Notes: generated from the sequence alone by a model not told the origin. A DNA stretch of 64,000 bases from an uncultured Tateyamaria sp. (GCA_947501275.1 CANMVD010000009.1:9925-73924), one strand, 5' to 3'; counted from the stretch's first letter, positions 9,339 to 19,640 are shown. A program made the numbers and translations.

Positions 9339-9548
9339 TCATATCCGCTGTTTGATCTGGTGGCTGAGGACGCTGAGCGCCAGAGCGATACCCGCATATA
9401 TCAGGTAGGGCAGCACCAGTCCTTTGAAATCGGGCGGGCCACCTTGGGCAAGTGCGTCGCTGGCCACGAGCCCGTAGGCCGCGCGGACCAAAAGCGCAAT
9501 AAAGGCGATCCCACTGACAACGCTGACAAATCCGAGCAGAGATTTCAA
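9339..9548 (-). CDS. Small two-TM membrane protein
   Basis: 69 aa, two hydrophobic segments, TTG start with GAGG upstream; stop abuts the next ATG. Confidence 0.55.
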   Translation of the reverse strand: MKSLLGFVSVVSGIAFIALLVRAAYGLVASDALAQGGPPDFKGLVLPYLIYAGIALALSVLSHQIKQRI

Positions 9549-9566
9549 GTGGAGCCTCGCAGAATA

Positions 9567-9588
9567 GGGCGGGCCGTGTGGCCCGCCC
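9567..9588. terminator. GC-rich hairpin after the acyl-CoA dehydrogenase stop
   Basis: GGGCGGGCC-GTGT-GGCCCGCCC perfect 9-bp stem; no clear U tract. Confidence 0.5.
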
Positions 9589-9595
9589 CATGATC

Positions 9596-11377
9596 TTAGA
9601 AGTTTGCTGCGTCCAACGCCATAACCGTGTCTCCGCCAGACTGAATGCGTGTCAGGTGGAGCGCGGTGGCGGGCAATTGCCGCGCCATGTAGTAGCGCCC
9701 GGTCGCCAGTTTGGTTTCGTGGAAATCGGGATCCGATGTGCCATTGGCCAGCGCTGCACGCGACGCCTTACCCATACGCGCCCACATCAGACCAAGGCAG
9801 ACATGTCCAAACATGTGCATGAAGTCATAGGAACCCGACAGTGCATGGTTGGGATTGCTCATCCCGTTTTGCATGAAGTACATGCCGGCGGCTTGCAGAT
9901 CCTTGGAGGCTGCTTTGAGCGGTTCCAGGAATTCGGCGTCATAGGCCTCGTCTTGCCCTGCGTTTTCCTTGATGAAGGTTTTGACAAGCTCAAAGAACGC
10001 CATCACGTGCTTACCACCGTCCTGAGCCAGTTTGCGCCCGACAAGATCCAGCGCTTGCACACCGTTGGCACCTTCGTAGATCATCGCGATCCGTGCATCG
10101 CGGGTATATTGCGACATGCCCCATTCTTCGATGTAACCATGCCCGCCATAGACCTGTTGAGCCTTGATGGTGTTGTCATAGCCCACATCCGTCAGGAAAC
10201 CTTTGATGATCGGCGTCAACAGCGACACGATTCCGTCGGCGTCCTTGTCGCCGGAGCGGTGCGCGGCGTCGATCATCGTTGCGCCCCACAGAATGAACGC
10301 GCGCGCGCCTTCTGCAAAAGACTTTTGGTCCATGAGCGAGCGACGGATATCTGGGTGTACGATCAGCGGATCGGCTGGGCCGTCCGGGTTTTTCACGCCC
10401 GTAACGTCGCGCCCTTGCAGACGGTCCTTGGCGTAATCCAGCGCGTTTTGATAGGCGACTTCGGCTTGGGACAGGCCCTGCATACCCACACCCAGACGGG
10501 CCTCGTTCATCATGGTGAACATGGCGCGCATGCCTTTGTGCTCTTCGCCGATCAGATAGCCCACAGCGTCGTCATAGTTCATCACGCAAGTTGAGTTGCC
10601 GTGAATGCCCATCTTCTCTTCGATGTTGCCGACGGCGACGCCGTTGCGCGCGCCCAAGGATCCATCTTCGTTCACGAGGAACTTGGGAACGATAAACAGC
10701 GACACACCTTTGATACCTTCGGGGCCGCCGTTGATCTTGGCCAGCACGAGGTGGATGATGTTGTCGGCCATGTCGTGCTCACCGGCAGAGATAAAGATTT
10801 TCTGCCCGGAGATCTTGAAGGTGCCGTCGTCTTGCGGCTCGGCCTTGGTGCGCATCAGACCCAGATCCGTACCACAATGCGGTTCAGTCAGGTTCATGGT
10901 GCCCGTCCATTCGCACGACACCATTTTTGGCAGGTAGGTCTCTTTCTGCTCTTGGGAGCCGTGCGCCAAGATCGCGGAGGCTGCACCATGCGTCAGGCCT
11001 TGATACATCGTGAAGGCCATGTTGGCAGAGCTGAACATCTCGCCCACGGCAGTGCCGATGACATATGGCATGTTCTGGCCGCCAAATTCTTCGGGCATAT
11101 CGAGACCGGGCCAGCCGCCTTCTTTGACCTGCTCAAACGCATCCTTGAAACCGGTTGGCGTGTAAACGACACCGTTTTCAAGGCGGCACCCTTCCTTGTC
11201 ACCCGTGACGTTGAGCGGTGCGAGGACTTCGGATGTCAGTTTGCCGGCCTCTTCGAGGATGGCGGAGGTGAAGTCGGCTTCGAGTTCGTCATAGCCGGGA
11301 ATGTCGCTGCCAGTGACGTTCAACACGTCGTGCAGGATGAATTGCATGTCCTTGGTGGGGGGCGTGTAGCTGGGCAT
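9596..11377 (-). CDS. Acyl-CoA dehydrogenase, ~590-aa type with C-terminal extension
   Basis: 593 aa; MPSYTPP start, [45 protein letters not shown]. Confidence 0.95.
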   Translation of the reverse strand: MPSYTPPTKDMQFILHDVLNVTGSDIPGYDELEADFTSAILEEAGKLTSEVLAPLNVTGDKEGCRLENGVVYTPTGFKDAFEQVKEGGWPGLDMPEEFGGQNMPYVIGTAVGEMFSSANMAFTMYQGLTHGAASAILAHGSQEQKETYLPKMVSCEWTGTMNLTEPHCGTDLGLMRTKAEPQDDGTFKISGQKIFISAGEHDMADNIIHLVLAKINGGPEGIKGVSLFIVPKFLVNEDGSLGARNGVAVGNIEEKMGIHGNSTCVMNYDDAVGYLIGEEHKGMRAMFTMMNEARLGVGMQGLSQAEVAYQNALDYAKDRLQGRDVTGVKNPDGPADPLIVHPDIRRSLMDQKSFAEGARAFILWGATMIDAAHRSGDKDADGIVSLLTPIIKGFLTDVGYDNTIKAQQVYGGHGYIEEWGMSQYTRDARIAMIYEGANGVQALDLVGRKLAQDGGKHVMAFFELVKTFIKENAGQDEAYDAEFLEPLKAASKDLQAAGMYFMQNGMSNPNHALSGSYDFMHMFGHVCLGLMWARMGKASRAALANGTSDPDFHETKLATGRYYMARQLPATALHLTRIQSGGDTVMALDAANF

Positions 11378-11470
11378 ATTTTCTCTCCCTTGGATACAGC
11401 GGCGCGCAAGGTGGCGGCCATGGTCTTGATATCAGATGCCGTTTGCACGGCGGTGGTGTTACTCGAATAG

Positions 11471-11884
11471 TTACTCAGCGGCCTTTTGCGGTGTGTTCAT
11501 GGAAGCAAGCATTTTCTCGCCCCACTTCAGTTGCGCTTTGAGGTCGTTGATGGCTTCGGTCAGTTCATCGCGTTGGCTGACCATGTCAGCGAGGCGGTCG
11601 CGCGCGATGTCATACGTGCGTGCCAGTTGGGTCTGTTGTTGGTCACCCATGTGATACAGGTCGAGAAGCTGGCGGATCTCTTCAAGACTGAATCCAAAGC
11701 GTTTGCCACGCAGGATCAGTTTGAGGCGCGCCCGGTCCCGTTTGGTGAAAAGGCGCTTTTGTCCTTCACGGATCGGAAACAACAATTCCTTGGCTTCATA
11801 AAAGCGCAACGTGCGCGGTGTGACATCGTACGTGTCGCACATTTCTCTGATCGTTAAAGTTCTCTCGGTCATCGGATCTCTCAC
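11471..11884 (-). CDS. MerR family transcriptional regulator (LiuR-like), copy 1
   Basis: LTIREMCDTYDVTPRTLRFYE HTH; RLKLILRGKRFGFSLEEI; coiled-coil C-terminus. Confidence 0.92.
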   Translation of the reverse strand: MRDPMTERTLTIREMCDTYDVTPRTLRFYEAKELLFPIREGQKRLFTKRDRARLKLILRGKRFGFSLEEIRQLLDLYHMGDQQQTQLARTYDIARDRLADMVSQRDELTEAINDLKAQLKWGEKMLASMNTPQKAAE

Positions 11885-11938
11885 ATATCGTGCTGCGATC
11901 AGGACATGGCCATGTGTCGGATTCGATGCAATGGGGAC

Positions 11939-11954
11939 ATGACGTTGACGTAAG
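11939..11954. promoter_or_regulatory. Candidate LiuR-type operator upstream of MerR copy 1
   Basis: ATGACGTTGACGTAAG (ACGT-N2-ACGT), immediately followed by a second ACGT pair GTACGTTACGTCAC. Confidence 0.6.
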
Positions 11955-12088
11955 GTGTACGTTACGTCACTTCGCCTTGTGGCTCAATTTAGCAAGCAAG
12001 CAGACGATCAGAACTTCGCTCAGGACGCGTGTCGGTCAAGGCGCGACGTTGATTTTTCAGCGGTGATCAGGGACGCGTGTTAACGGCC

Positions 12089-12883
12089 CTATGGCAACAA
12101 GTCTTCATTGACGCCGTAGGAAAGCACCGTTTCTCTCCATGCCTCTTGGCTGTTCAATTCGGCTATTGAAGATTGCAGGAACGTCGCGAGGTCGTCCATG
12201 TCCGAAGGGACAAGAATGTAACGCTGATAGCGCGAGTGTGGTTTGTCCGAAAAGTGCACTTCATCCAGAAGACCTAGCGATCTGACATAATAGGTCGCCG
12301 CCGAATGGGCGACAATTGCCACAGACCCGCGCCCGCTGGCGACAAATCGCACCAAAGCGTCTTCGGAACTCACGTCAACACGTTCCAGATCGCCGTTGTC
12401 AATCATGTCGTCGACACCGGGATAGCGGTGGCCACTGATCCCCACGAGTGTTGTGCCACGCAAAGACTCGGCGCCAGTGTACCGAAAGGAGACCTCTACC
12501 GGTGAAATAACGTCGTTTCGGTCGCTGATCACAGGGGCTGTCCAATGGAACCTCGTTTTGTTCTGATCTCCGAACCAGGCGGGATTTGCCCACAACACGA
12601 TACCGGACTGCCCTGCATCCATACGGGCGTTCAACCGCTCGCGCGGCATCACAAGCACGTTGAACGTATAGGCGCCGCCGGACATTTCAGTCAGCTTGTC
12701 AGCAAGGTCAAAGCTCAGGCCTTCGCGGCTGTCCCCATCCACCACATAGGGTGGGAAGTTGTGATACACCCAGACGTCAACGTCTTCTGCGGATGCTTTG
12801 GAGTGCATCAACAGGCCTGCGACCAGGGCGGAAAGAGCGACTTTGATACTCGTTACCCAAAACTTTTCTATGCGACAGAAAAT
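12089..12883 (-). CDS. Orphan periplasmic substrate-binding protein (family 3-like)
   Basis: NFPPY, PRERL, GISGHRY, GRGSVAI motifs. Track start is TTG 12811, but the signal peptide continues upstream; ATT at 12883 with a GGAGG RBS is the proposed start. Confidence 0.75.
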   Translation of the reverse strand: MFCRIEKFWVTSIKVALSALVAGLLMHSKASAEDVDVWVYHNFPPYVVDGDSREGLSFDLADKLTEMSGGAYTFNVLVMPRERLNARMDAGQSGIVLWANPAWFGDQNKTRFHWTAPVISDRNDVISPVEVSFRYTGAESLRGTTLVGISGHRYPGVDDMIDNGDLERVDVSSEDALVRFVASGRGSVAIVAHSAATYYVRSLGLLDEVHFSDKPHSRYQRYILVPSDMDDLATFLQSSIAELNSQEAWRETVLSYGVNEDLLP

Positions 12884-13172
12884 GAAAGCGCCCTCCGGGG
12901 CTACGCTGGATTTATCAGTTGTGTTTTAGTTTTTCGCTCAACTTTTGCGCGAGTGACCCCTTAAAGTAAACCTCAAATACCACCACTGACCCAAAGATTT
13001 CATGAAGAACAGCAAGTTCTTGTGGGTGGAAAAGATAAAATGTCTTTGCAAATTTGTGTCGAGCACTCTCCAACCAACACGACGAAAACGCGGAAAGTTT
13101 CGCGTGCTGCAAACAATAAGAAAACGCTGCTGTCGCAAACACTGCAACCGTGTGCCCAAGTCGGACGTCGTA

Positions 13173-13559
13173 TCAGTCAGAAGCGCTTTTGCTGTTCAAT
13201 TCGGTCGCAACGCTGTCGCGCAGACCCTGCAACTCCGCGCGGGCCTCTTCAAGCTGGGCGCGTTGTTCGTCCAATTCCTTCAGTTGCCCATCGGCCAGTT
13301 CAACCCAAGCACGCATCTGCGCTTCGTTGCCTTCGTGCTCGTAGATCATAAGCCATTGACGAATATCTTCGAGTTGGAAGCCAAACTTGCGTCCCCGCAG
13401 GATCAGCTTCATGCGTGCACATTCCCGCGCACCGTAAAAGCGGGAACGGCCTTCGCGATCGGGCTGCAGCAGCTCGATATATTCATAATAGCGCAACGTG
13501 CGGGGCGTTACGTCGAACTCCGCGCACATCTGCTTAAAGCTCAAGCGGTCGTCTGCCAT
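13173..13559 (-). CDS. MerR family transcriptional regulator (LiuR-like), copy 2
   Basis: LSFKQMCAEFDVTPRTLRYYE; RMKLILRGRKFGFQLEDI; paralog of 11471-11884. Confidence 0.92.
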   Translation of the reverse strand: MADDRLSFKQMCAEFDVTPRTLRYYEYIELLQPDREGRSRFYGARECARMKLILRGRKFGFQLEDIRQWLMIYEHEGNEAQMRAWVELADGQLKELDEQRAQLEEARAELQGLRDSVATELNSKSASD

Positions 13560-13675
13560 GGCTCTCTCTCACTCCCTTTATTCAGCCTATGCGGGACTTT
13601 GGCGCGGTGCAACAGGTCCTTGCCCGTTGGGTCCTTGCAACCCATAAACGTGATCAACAACTTGCCGAGGCCTTC

Positions 13676-14098
13676 ATGAGCGACAAGACGAAATTCGCAC
13701 GCCAGTTTATCGAGGCGATCCCGCATTCGCGCGATCTGGGGATGGTGCTGGAGGAGATCGAAGAAGGTGTTGCGACAATTTCAATGCCTTACGATCAACG
13801 CCTGATCGGAGATCCGGAGACAGGGGTGATCAGTGGCGGAGCTGTGTCAGCCTTGATGGATACGTGCTGTGGGGCGGCAGTCATCAGCCATCCGGCCAAT
13901 GGCGGAGCCACGGCGACGCTGGATTTGCGCATTGATTATATGCGCGCAGCGACCCCCGGGCAGAGTTTGGTTACCACCGCGACATGCTACCATGTCACTC
14001 GCTCGGTTGCCTTTGTACGCGCAACCGCGTGGGACGATGATCGTGACAATCCTGTCGCCTCGGCCACGGGCGCGTTTACGGTGGAGGGCAAGCGGTGA
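13676..14098 (+). CDS. PaaI family (hotdog) thioesterase
   Basis: ATG 13676 after GAGG; ISGGAVSALMDTCCG, ATLDLRIDYMR. Confidence 0.88.
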   Translation: MSDKTKFARQFIEAIPHSRDLGMVLEEIEEGVATISMPYDQRLIGDPETGVISGGAVSALMDTCCGAAVISHPANGGATATLDLRIDYMRAATPGQSLVTTATCYHVTRSVAFVRATAWDDDRDNPVASATGAFTVEGKR

Positions 14099-14592
14099 AA
14101 CGTCCTGAACCTGTGCAGGTGATCAAGCAACGCCGAGACGCAGCATTGGCAGCTTTGGTTGGCGGTGTGCCCTACATCCAATACCTGGATTTGCGGTTTG
14201 ATCGTCGTGGAGATGAGCTGACCGGCGTGTTGCCGTACAATGACAAACTGATTGGCAATCCGATGCTGCCGGCCTTGCATGGCGGGGTCACCGCTGCGTT
14301 TCTGGAATTGACGGCCGTTGTCACTTTGAGTTGGGCGTATCTGTGGGAGGATATCGAAAGCGGCGCATTGGAAATTGATCCAAGCGTGGCAATGCCGCGC
14401 CTGCCCAAAACCGTGGACTTCACGGTTGACTACCTGCGTTCGGGATTGCCGCGAGACGCGTATGCGCGCGCGCGCATTAACCGTTCGGGGCGCCGATACG
14501 CATCCGTACATGTCGAGGCGTGGCAGGATCACCGCAGCAAGCTGTTTGCGCAGGGCACGGGGCATTTCGTAATGCCTCAGGCACGCACGTGA
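14095..14592 (+). CDS. PaaI family (hotdog) thioesterase
   Basis: LHGGVTAAFLE, KTVDFTVDYLR, RSGRR; GTGA overlap with the previous gene. Confidence 0.88.
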   Translation: MKRPEPVQVIKQRRDAALAALVGGVPYIQYLDLRFDRRGDELTGVLPYNDKLIGNPMLPALHGGVTAAFLELTAVVTLSWAYLWEDIESGALEIDPSVAMPRLPKTVDFTVDYLRSGLPRDAYARARINRSGRRYASVHVEAWQDHRSKLFAQGTGHFVMPQART

Positions 14593-14602
14593 GCCCGCGC
14601 TG

Positions 14603-15943
14603 ATGGAGGCGGTCGCTCCCTCAACGCCACCTGCGCCGTTGACCCATCGGCGGGTGCTGAAAATTGCGCTGCCCATCGTGTTGTCAAATGCGACGGTGCC
14701 GCTGCTTGGAGCGGTAGATGTCGGCGTGGTTGGGCAAATGGGCGAAGCCGCGCCCATTGCGGCTGTCGGGATCGGAGCGATCCTTTTGACCACGGTGTAC
14801 TGGATCTTTGGGTTTTTGCGCATGGGGACGGTTGGCCTTGTGGGGCAAGCCGCCGGAGCCGGGGATGATGACGAGGTCACAGCATGGCTAACCCGCGCGT
14901 TGATCGTTGCGGGCATATCCGGGTGCACTCTGATTGTGCTGCAATGGCCGATTTTTCGTTTCGGCCTGTGGACCTTCACCGCCAGTGACGAGGCCGAAGC
15001 GTTGGCCATGACCTATCTGATGATCCGCATCTGGAGCGCCCCTGCAGCCATTGCTGTCTATGCGCTGACGGGGTGGCTAGTCGCAATGGAACGCACCGGA
15101 GGCGTATTCTGGGTACAGTTGCTGATGAATGGCCTCAACATATGCCTCAGCTTTGTTTTTGTGGTTGGGCTGGGATGGGGGGTGGCAGGCGTTGCACTTG
15201 CCACGGTCATTGCCGAGGTCGTGGGCGCGGCCTTGGGCCTTTGGTTCTGTTGGGGCGCCTTTGCACGGCCCGCTTGGCGGGATTGGGCCCGGATCTTTGA
15301 GCGGACGAAGTTGGTGCGCATGGCGCTGTTGAACACGGATATCTTGCTGCGTTCGGCCATGCTGATGGTCATCTTTTACAGCTTCGTGATGTATGGATCG
15401 CGTTTTGGAGATGAGACGCTGGCCGCCAACGAAGTGCTCATCCAGTTCATGTACATCACCGCCTATGCCATGGATGGCTTTGCCTTTGCGGCTGAGACGC
15501 TGATTGCGCGCGCTTTTGGACGGAACGATCCTGGGCGCGTGCGCCGGTCCGCCGTTTTGACCGGTCTATGGGGGTTGGTCACATGCGTGGCCATGGCGGG
15601 TGCATTCCTGTTGGCGGGGCCGTGGTTGATTGACCTCATGGCCAAGGACGTCGGCGTGCAGAGCGCGGCGCGAGAGTATTTATGGTGGATGATTGCGGCC
15701 CCCTTGGTCGGCTGCGCCGCGTGGATGCTCGATGGAATATTTATTGGCGCGGCGCGTGGACGGGACATGCGCAACATGATGGCCATCTCGTTTCTGTGCT
15801 ACTGGGTGGCGATCTGGATTCTGGTGCCGGTGATGGGAAACCACGGCCTTTGGGCTGCTTTGCTTGTATCATTTGTCGTACGAGGCGTGACATTGGGTGC
15901 GCGCTATCCGGCGCTGGAGCGCGCCGCCTTGGGTCGAACTTGA
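14603..15943 (+). CDS. MATE family efflux transporter (DinF-like)
   Basis: 446 aa, ~12 TM; IALPIVLSN..VPLLG.VD..VVG, FLRMGT.G, DGIFIGA. Confidence 0.92.
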   Translation: MEAVAPSTPPAPLTHRRVLKIALPIVLSNATVPLLGAVDVGVVGQMGEAAPIAAVGIGAILLTTVYWIFGFLRMGTVGLVGQAAGAGDDDEVTAWLTRALIVAGISGCTLIVLQWPIFRFGLWTFTASDEAEALAMTYLMIRIWSAPAAIAVYALTGWLVAMERTGGVFWVQLLMNGLNICLSFVFVVGLGWGVAGVALATVIAEVVGAALGLWFCWGAFARPAWRDWARIFERTKLVRMALLNTDILLRSAMLMVIFYSFVMYGSRFGDETLAANEVLIQFMYITAYAMDGFAFAAETLIARAFGRNDPGRVRRSAVLTGLWGLVTCVAMAGAFLLAGPWLIDLMAKDVGVQSAAREYLWWMIAAPLVGCAAWMLDGIFIGAARGRDMRNMMAISFLCYWVAIWILVPVMGNHGLWAALLVSFVVRGVTLGARYPALERAALGRT

Positions 15944-15959
15944 TGATGTGATGTGGATT

Positions 15960-16023
15960 TGGGGGGCTCTGCCCCCTGAGCCCCTGCGGGTCTCATCCCC
16001 CGTGGTGTTTTACGTCAGAAGAA
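15960..16023 (+). repeat. REP-like element, copy C
   Basis: TGGGGGGCTCTGCCCCC-[hairpin]-CCCCCGTGGTGTTTTACGTCAGAAGAA between convergent genes; flanks shared with 46975-47030. Confidence 0.8.
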
Positions 16024-16032
16024 ACGGGGACG

Positions 16033-17076
16033 TCAGAGCCAGCTTTGTGTGTCTGTTCCGACGGCGTGTGCCACGCTGCCAAATCCATCCGCTTTGAGCA
16101 ATGCGTCGAGCTCCCGCGCGATTTCGGCCGCGAGGCTGAGGCCGCCGTAGACAAGGCCGGTATAGAGTTGCACCGCAGATGCGCCGGCCTTGATCTTGGC
16201 GTAGGCCTGTGCCCCGCTGGCGATGCCGCCGACGCCGATCAGGGGGATGTCGGTCAGGCTGCGCAATTTTGCCAGAACGCGGGTGGATTTTTCAAACAGC
16301 GGTGCCCCGGACAACCCGCCTTTTTCACCTGCATTTGCGCTGCGCAACCCGTCGCGGTCGAGTGTTGTGTTTGTCGCAATGATCGCGCTGATCCGCGCGT
16401 CTTGTGCCACTTTGACAATGTCGGCGAGGTCTTGGTCCGTGAGGTCCGGTGCAATTTTGAGAAACACGGGGGTTTGCCCTCGCACCTGCATCACACCGTC
16501 CAGCAGGGCGGCAAGCGCCATGGGGCCTTGCAGGTCCCGCAATTTTTCCGTGTTTGGGCTGGAGACATTGACCGTCGCAAAATCGATATGCGCACGACAC
16601 TGCTGCAGTACGCGGGCAAAGTCTTCGGCCTTGTTGGCGCTGTCCTTGTTGGCTCCGAGGTTGAGGCCCACGGGTACGCCTTTGCCTCGCTTGGCAAGTC
16701 GCGTGTTGATCGCCTCCATCCCGTCATTGTTAAAGCCAAAGCGGTTGATGGCGGCATTGTCTTCGGTCAGGCGGAACAGCCGTGGTTTTGGGTTGCCGGG
16801 TTGGGGCAGGGGCGTGGCGGCACCAACCTCGAGCCAGCCAAACCCGGCGCGCGACAGGGGCGCGATGGCGGTTGCGTTTTTGTCAAACCCAGCTGCCAGC
16901 CCGACCGGGTTGGGCATGTCGATCCCGGCGATGTTGGCACGCAGACGCGGGCTTGTGACCGGGCCGGGCAACGCGGCCAATGGCGTGTGCAGCACCTTCA
17001 GCGCAAGTCCGTGTGCGGTTTCAGGATCCATGCGGCGCAGGGCCTTGGTGCCGATCCGTTCCAGCATCTGTTTCAT
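16033..17076 (-). CDS. pyrD: Quinone-dependent dihydroorotate dehydrogenase
   Basis: Start reassigned to 17076; [42 protein letters not shown]. Confidence 0.95.
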   Translation of the reverse strand: MKQMLERIGTKALRRMDPETAHGLALKVLHTPLAALPGPVTSPRLRANIAGIDMPNPVGLAAGFDKNATAIAPLSRAGFGWLEVGAATPLPQPGNPKPRLFRLTEDNAAINRFGFNNDGMEAINTRLAKRGKGVPVGLNLGANKDSANKAEDFARVLQQCRAHIDFATVNVSSPNTEKLRDLQGPMALAALLDGVMQVRGQTPVFLKIAPDLTDQDLADIVKVAQDARISAIIATNTTLDRDGLRSANAGEKGGLSGAPLFEKSTRVLAKLRSLTDIPLIGVGGIASGAQAYAKIKAGASAVQLYTGLVYGGLSLAAEIARELDALLKADGFGSVAHAVGTDTQSWL

Positions 17077-17501
17077 GCGAATGTGCCGCCCTGTGATGTG
17101 GGTGCACAGCGGATCAAGCGCGAGGTTTTGACTGCGGCCTGACGGTGCACGACCGCGCGCTGGTACGCAGGGTCCGCGACCATCGCCAAAAAGGCATGTG
17201 CGCTCGGGTAGCGCGCAACAAAGACGGCATCCCATGTCTCTTCTGTCGGGCCGATCAGCACCGCCTCGAACCCGCCGCGCCACAGGATGCTGCCCCCGAC
17301 CTTTGCCAGCACCGGACCGGAGTGTTTGCCGTAAAGGGCGTAGGCCTCGGCCCCGGTCAGCCCGTCGCGCGCAAGGTCGTGATCACCAGGGTAGTTGGCC
17401 AGATCACGGAATGCGACAAGGTTCAGCATCTCGATCGGCTGGTCGCGCGGCAGATCCTTGAAAGCGTCGAACTGGGCGCGGGTGGGGTCAACATGGCTCA
17501 T
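17073..17501 (-). CDS. DUF1330-like dimeric alpha/beta-barrel protein
   Basis: [39 protein letters not shown] pattern; ATGA overlap with pyrD. Confidence 0.75.
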   Translation of the reverse strand: MSHVDPTRAQFDAFKDLPRDQPIEMLNLVAFRDLANYPGDHDLARDGLTGAEAYALYGKHSGPVLAKVGGSILWRGGFEAVLIGPTEETWDAVFVARYPSAHAFLAMVADPAYQRAVVHRQAAVKTSRLIRCAPTSQGGTFA

Positions 17502-17843
17502 TCAGAAACCTGCCCCTGCCGGAAATTCGTGTGTGCCGTCCTTGAGTGGCAAGGGCTGTGCCCAGTGCACGTCCGCAATGCGCATCTCGCGGTATAGGTG
17601 GGGAAAGAGGGCATCCCCACGCGACACTTCCCACTTGAGATCGTCCCCTAAGGTATCGGCCTCAACGGCGATCAGGAACAGATCGTTTTGACCGGCAAAG
17701 TGCTTGGCCGCGGTTTCGCCCGCCTGTTCTGCGGTGGAGAAATGGACATAGCCATCCGCGATATCGATGGGGGCGCCCCGAGTCGTGCCGTTTGTGCGCA
17801 ATTCGGCCCATTCGTGGGCATGGAAAATCTTGTATATCAGCAT
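17502..17843 (-). CDS. DUF952 family protein
   Basis: MLIYKI, D..DGYVHFST..Q, LKWE.SRG..LFPHLY. Confidence 0.88.
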   Translation of the reverse strand: MLIYKIFHAHEWAELRTNGTTRGAPIDIADGYVHFSTAEQAGETAAKHFAGQNDLFLIAVEADTLGDDLKWEVSRGDALFPHLYREMRIADVHWAQPLPLKDGTHEFPAGAGF

Positions 17844-17984
17844 GTGCGCTGTGATGGCGAACGCCCAAGGCTTGGTCAAGTGCGTGTTGTCATGCTGTCG
17901 TTGCATGCTTGACGTAGGAACGGCTTTGACTCCGATCCCGGATTGTTGTCACGTACTTGTCATACTCAACATGGGAGACCTCAG

Positions 17985-19544
17985 ATGACCCGATTTTTGA
18001 TGGGCGCAGGCGTGCTGGCCATGAGTGCCGGAATGGCATCCGCCGAATATACACTGCACATTTTGCACACCAACGACATGCACAGTCGTATCGAATCGAT
18101 CAACAAATACGATTCGACCTGCAACGCCGAAGGCGAGGCCGAGGGCAAATGCTTTGGCGGCGTTGCGCGTGTGAAAACGGCGCTGGACACGAAAAAAGCC
18201 GCCCTTGGCAATCAGAACGTCATCACTCTGGATGCGGGTGACCCGTTCCAGGGTTCGTTGTTCTACACGACATACAAAGGGGCCGCCGAAGCGGAGTTCA
18301 TGGAGCAGATGGGCTATGATGCCATGGCCGTCGGCAACCACGAATTTGATGACGGACCGCAGGGTTTGTCCGATTTCGCCGACAAGGTCACGTTTCCGGT
18401 GATCTCGGGCAACCTCGACCTGTCGGGAGAGGCCTTGCTTGCTGGCAAGATCGACAACCATGTTGTGCTGGACGTGGGTGGTAAGAAGATCGGTGTGATC
18501 TCGGCCCTCGCGACAGACACGGTCGAAACATCAAGCCCCGGCGAAAACATCGTCTTCCAAGACGAGATCGAAGCGCTGGCACAGGATGCAGCAACACTTG
18601 AGGCGGAAGGCGTCGATATCATCATCGCGCTCAACCATGTCGGTTTGAACAAAGACCTTGATGTTGCGGCCGCCGTCCCGGCCATTGATGTTGTCATTGG
18701 TGGGCACAGCCACACGCTGATGTCCAATGACGACGAAGGGACGCCGGCCTATCCTACGATGGTAGATGGAACTCCGGTGGCGCAGGCCTACGCCTACACC
18801 AAGTATCTTGGCCACCTGACCGTCACATTTGATGACGATGGCAATGTGACGGCCGCCTCGGGTGATCCGATTGTGCTTGATGCATCGGTGACTCCGAATG
18901 CGGCATTCCTTGAGCGGATCGCGGAAATGGGCGCGCCGATTGAGGAAATGAAGACCCGTGTAGTGGCTGAATCGGCTGACATCATCGAAGGTGGGCGGGA
19001 TGTTTGCCGCGCGATGGAATGCCCCATGGGGTCATTGATTGCAGATGCCATGCTGGACCGCGTGAAAGATCAAGGTATCCAGATTGCAATCCAGAACGGT
19101 GGCGGCATTCGTGCATCCATTGATCAGGGCCCGGTCACGATGGGTGAAGTGCTGACGGTTCTGCCGTTCCAAAACACGCTGTCTACGTTCGAAGTGTCCG
19201 GTGCGACGATCATTGCTGCGCTTGAAAACGGTGTCGGCCAGATCGAAGATGGCGCGGGGCGTTTCCCGCAGGTTGCCGGCATGAGCTATGCCTTTGATGC
19301 GGCCAAGGAACCCGGCGCGCGTGTCAGCGACGTTATGGTGGGTGGTGCGCCGATCGACTCCGACAAGATCTATGGCGTTGTGTCCAACAACTATGTGCGC
19401 AACGGCGGTGATGGCTATGCCATGTTCAAGGAAGCGGCGAATGCGTACGACTTCGGTCCTGACCTTGCCGACGTGACAGCAGAATATTTGGCCGAAAAAG
19501 GCCCGTTCACGCCTTACACAGACGGCCGTATCACAGCCAAGTAA
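17985..19544 (+). CDS. Periplasmic 5'-nucleotidase/UDP-sugar hydrolase (UshA family)
   Basis: Signal peptide; ILHTNDMHS, LDAGD, GNHEFD, IGGHSH, NGGGIR, LPF.N. Confidence 0.95.
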   Translation: MTRFLMGAGVLAMSAGMASAEYTLHILHTNDMHSRIESINKYDSTCNAEGEAEGKCFGGVARVKTALDTKKAALGNQNVITLDAGDPFQGSLFYTTYKGAAEAEFMEQMGYDAMAVGNHEFDDGPQGLSDFADKVTFPVISGNLDLSGEALLAGKIDNHVVLDVGGKKIGVISALATDTVETSSPGENIVFQDEIEALAQDAATLEAEGVDIIIALNHVGLNKDLDVAAAVPAIDVVIGGHSHTLMSNDDEGTPAYPTMVDGTPVAQAYAYTKYLGHLTVTFDDDGNVTAASGDPIVLDASVTPNAAFLERIAEMGAPIEEMKTRVVAESADIIEGGRDVCRAMECPMGSLIADAMLDRVKDQGIQIAIQNGGGIRASIDQGPVTMGEVLTVLPFQNTLSTFEVSGATIIAALENGVGQIEDGAGRFPQVAGMSYAFDAAKEPGARVSDVMVGGAPIDSDKIYGVVSNNYVRNGGDGYAMFKEAANAYDFGPDLADVTAEYLAEKGPFTPYTDGRITAK

Positions 19545-19607
19545 GGCGTCCAGCAAGATCGGATCGGCGCGCCATGCGGTGCGCCTTTCCCAATCGCGTT
19601 TCAAAGA

Positions 19608-19640
19608 GGGAGTGTAGCTTGTCGCTGCGCTCCTTTTTTG
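19608..19640 (+). terminator. Rho-independent terminator
   Basis: GGAGTGTAGC-TTGTC-GCTGCGCTCC (with G-U pairs) followed by T6. Confidence 0.7.

Noticed and set aside
12915-13142. 75-aa ORF in the AT-rich gap
   Set aside because: No RBS or family motif; likely chance in non-coding DNA, though a decayed gene cannot be excluded.
16033-17283. N-terminal extensions given by the ORF track (pyrD, SRAP, gcdH, LacI, bicupin, PhyH, Thr dehydratase, 51379 ORF)
   Set aside because: They overlap upstream genes or lack an RBS; downstream ATGs match family N-termini and stop-start overlaps.
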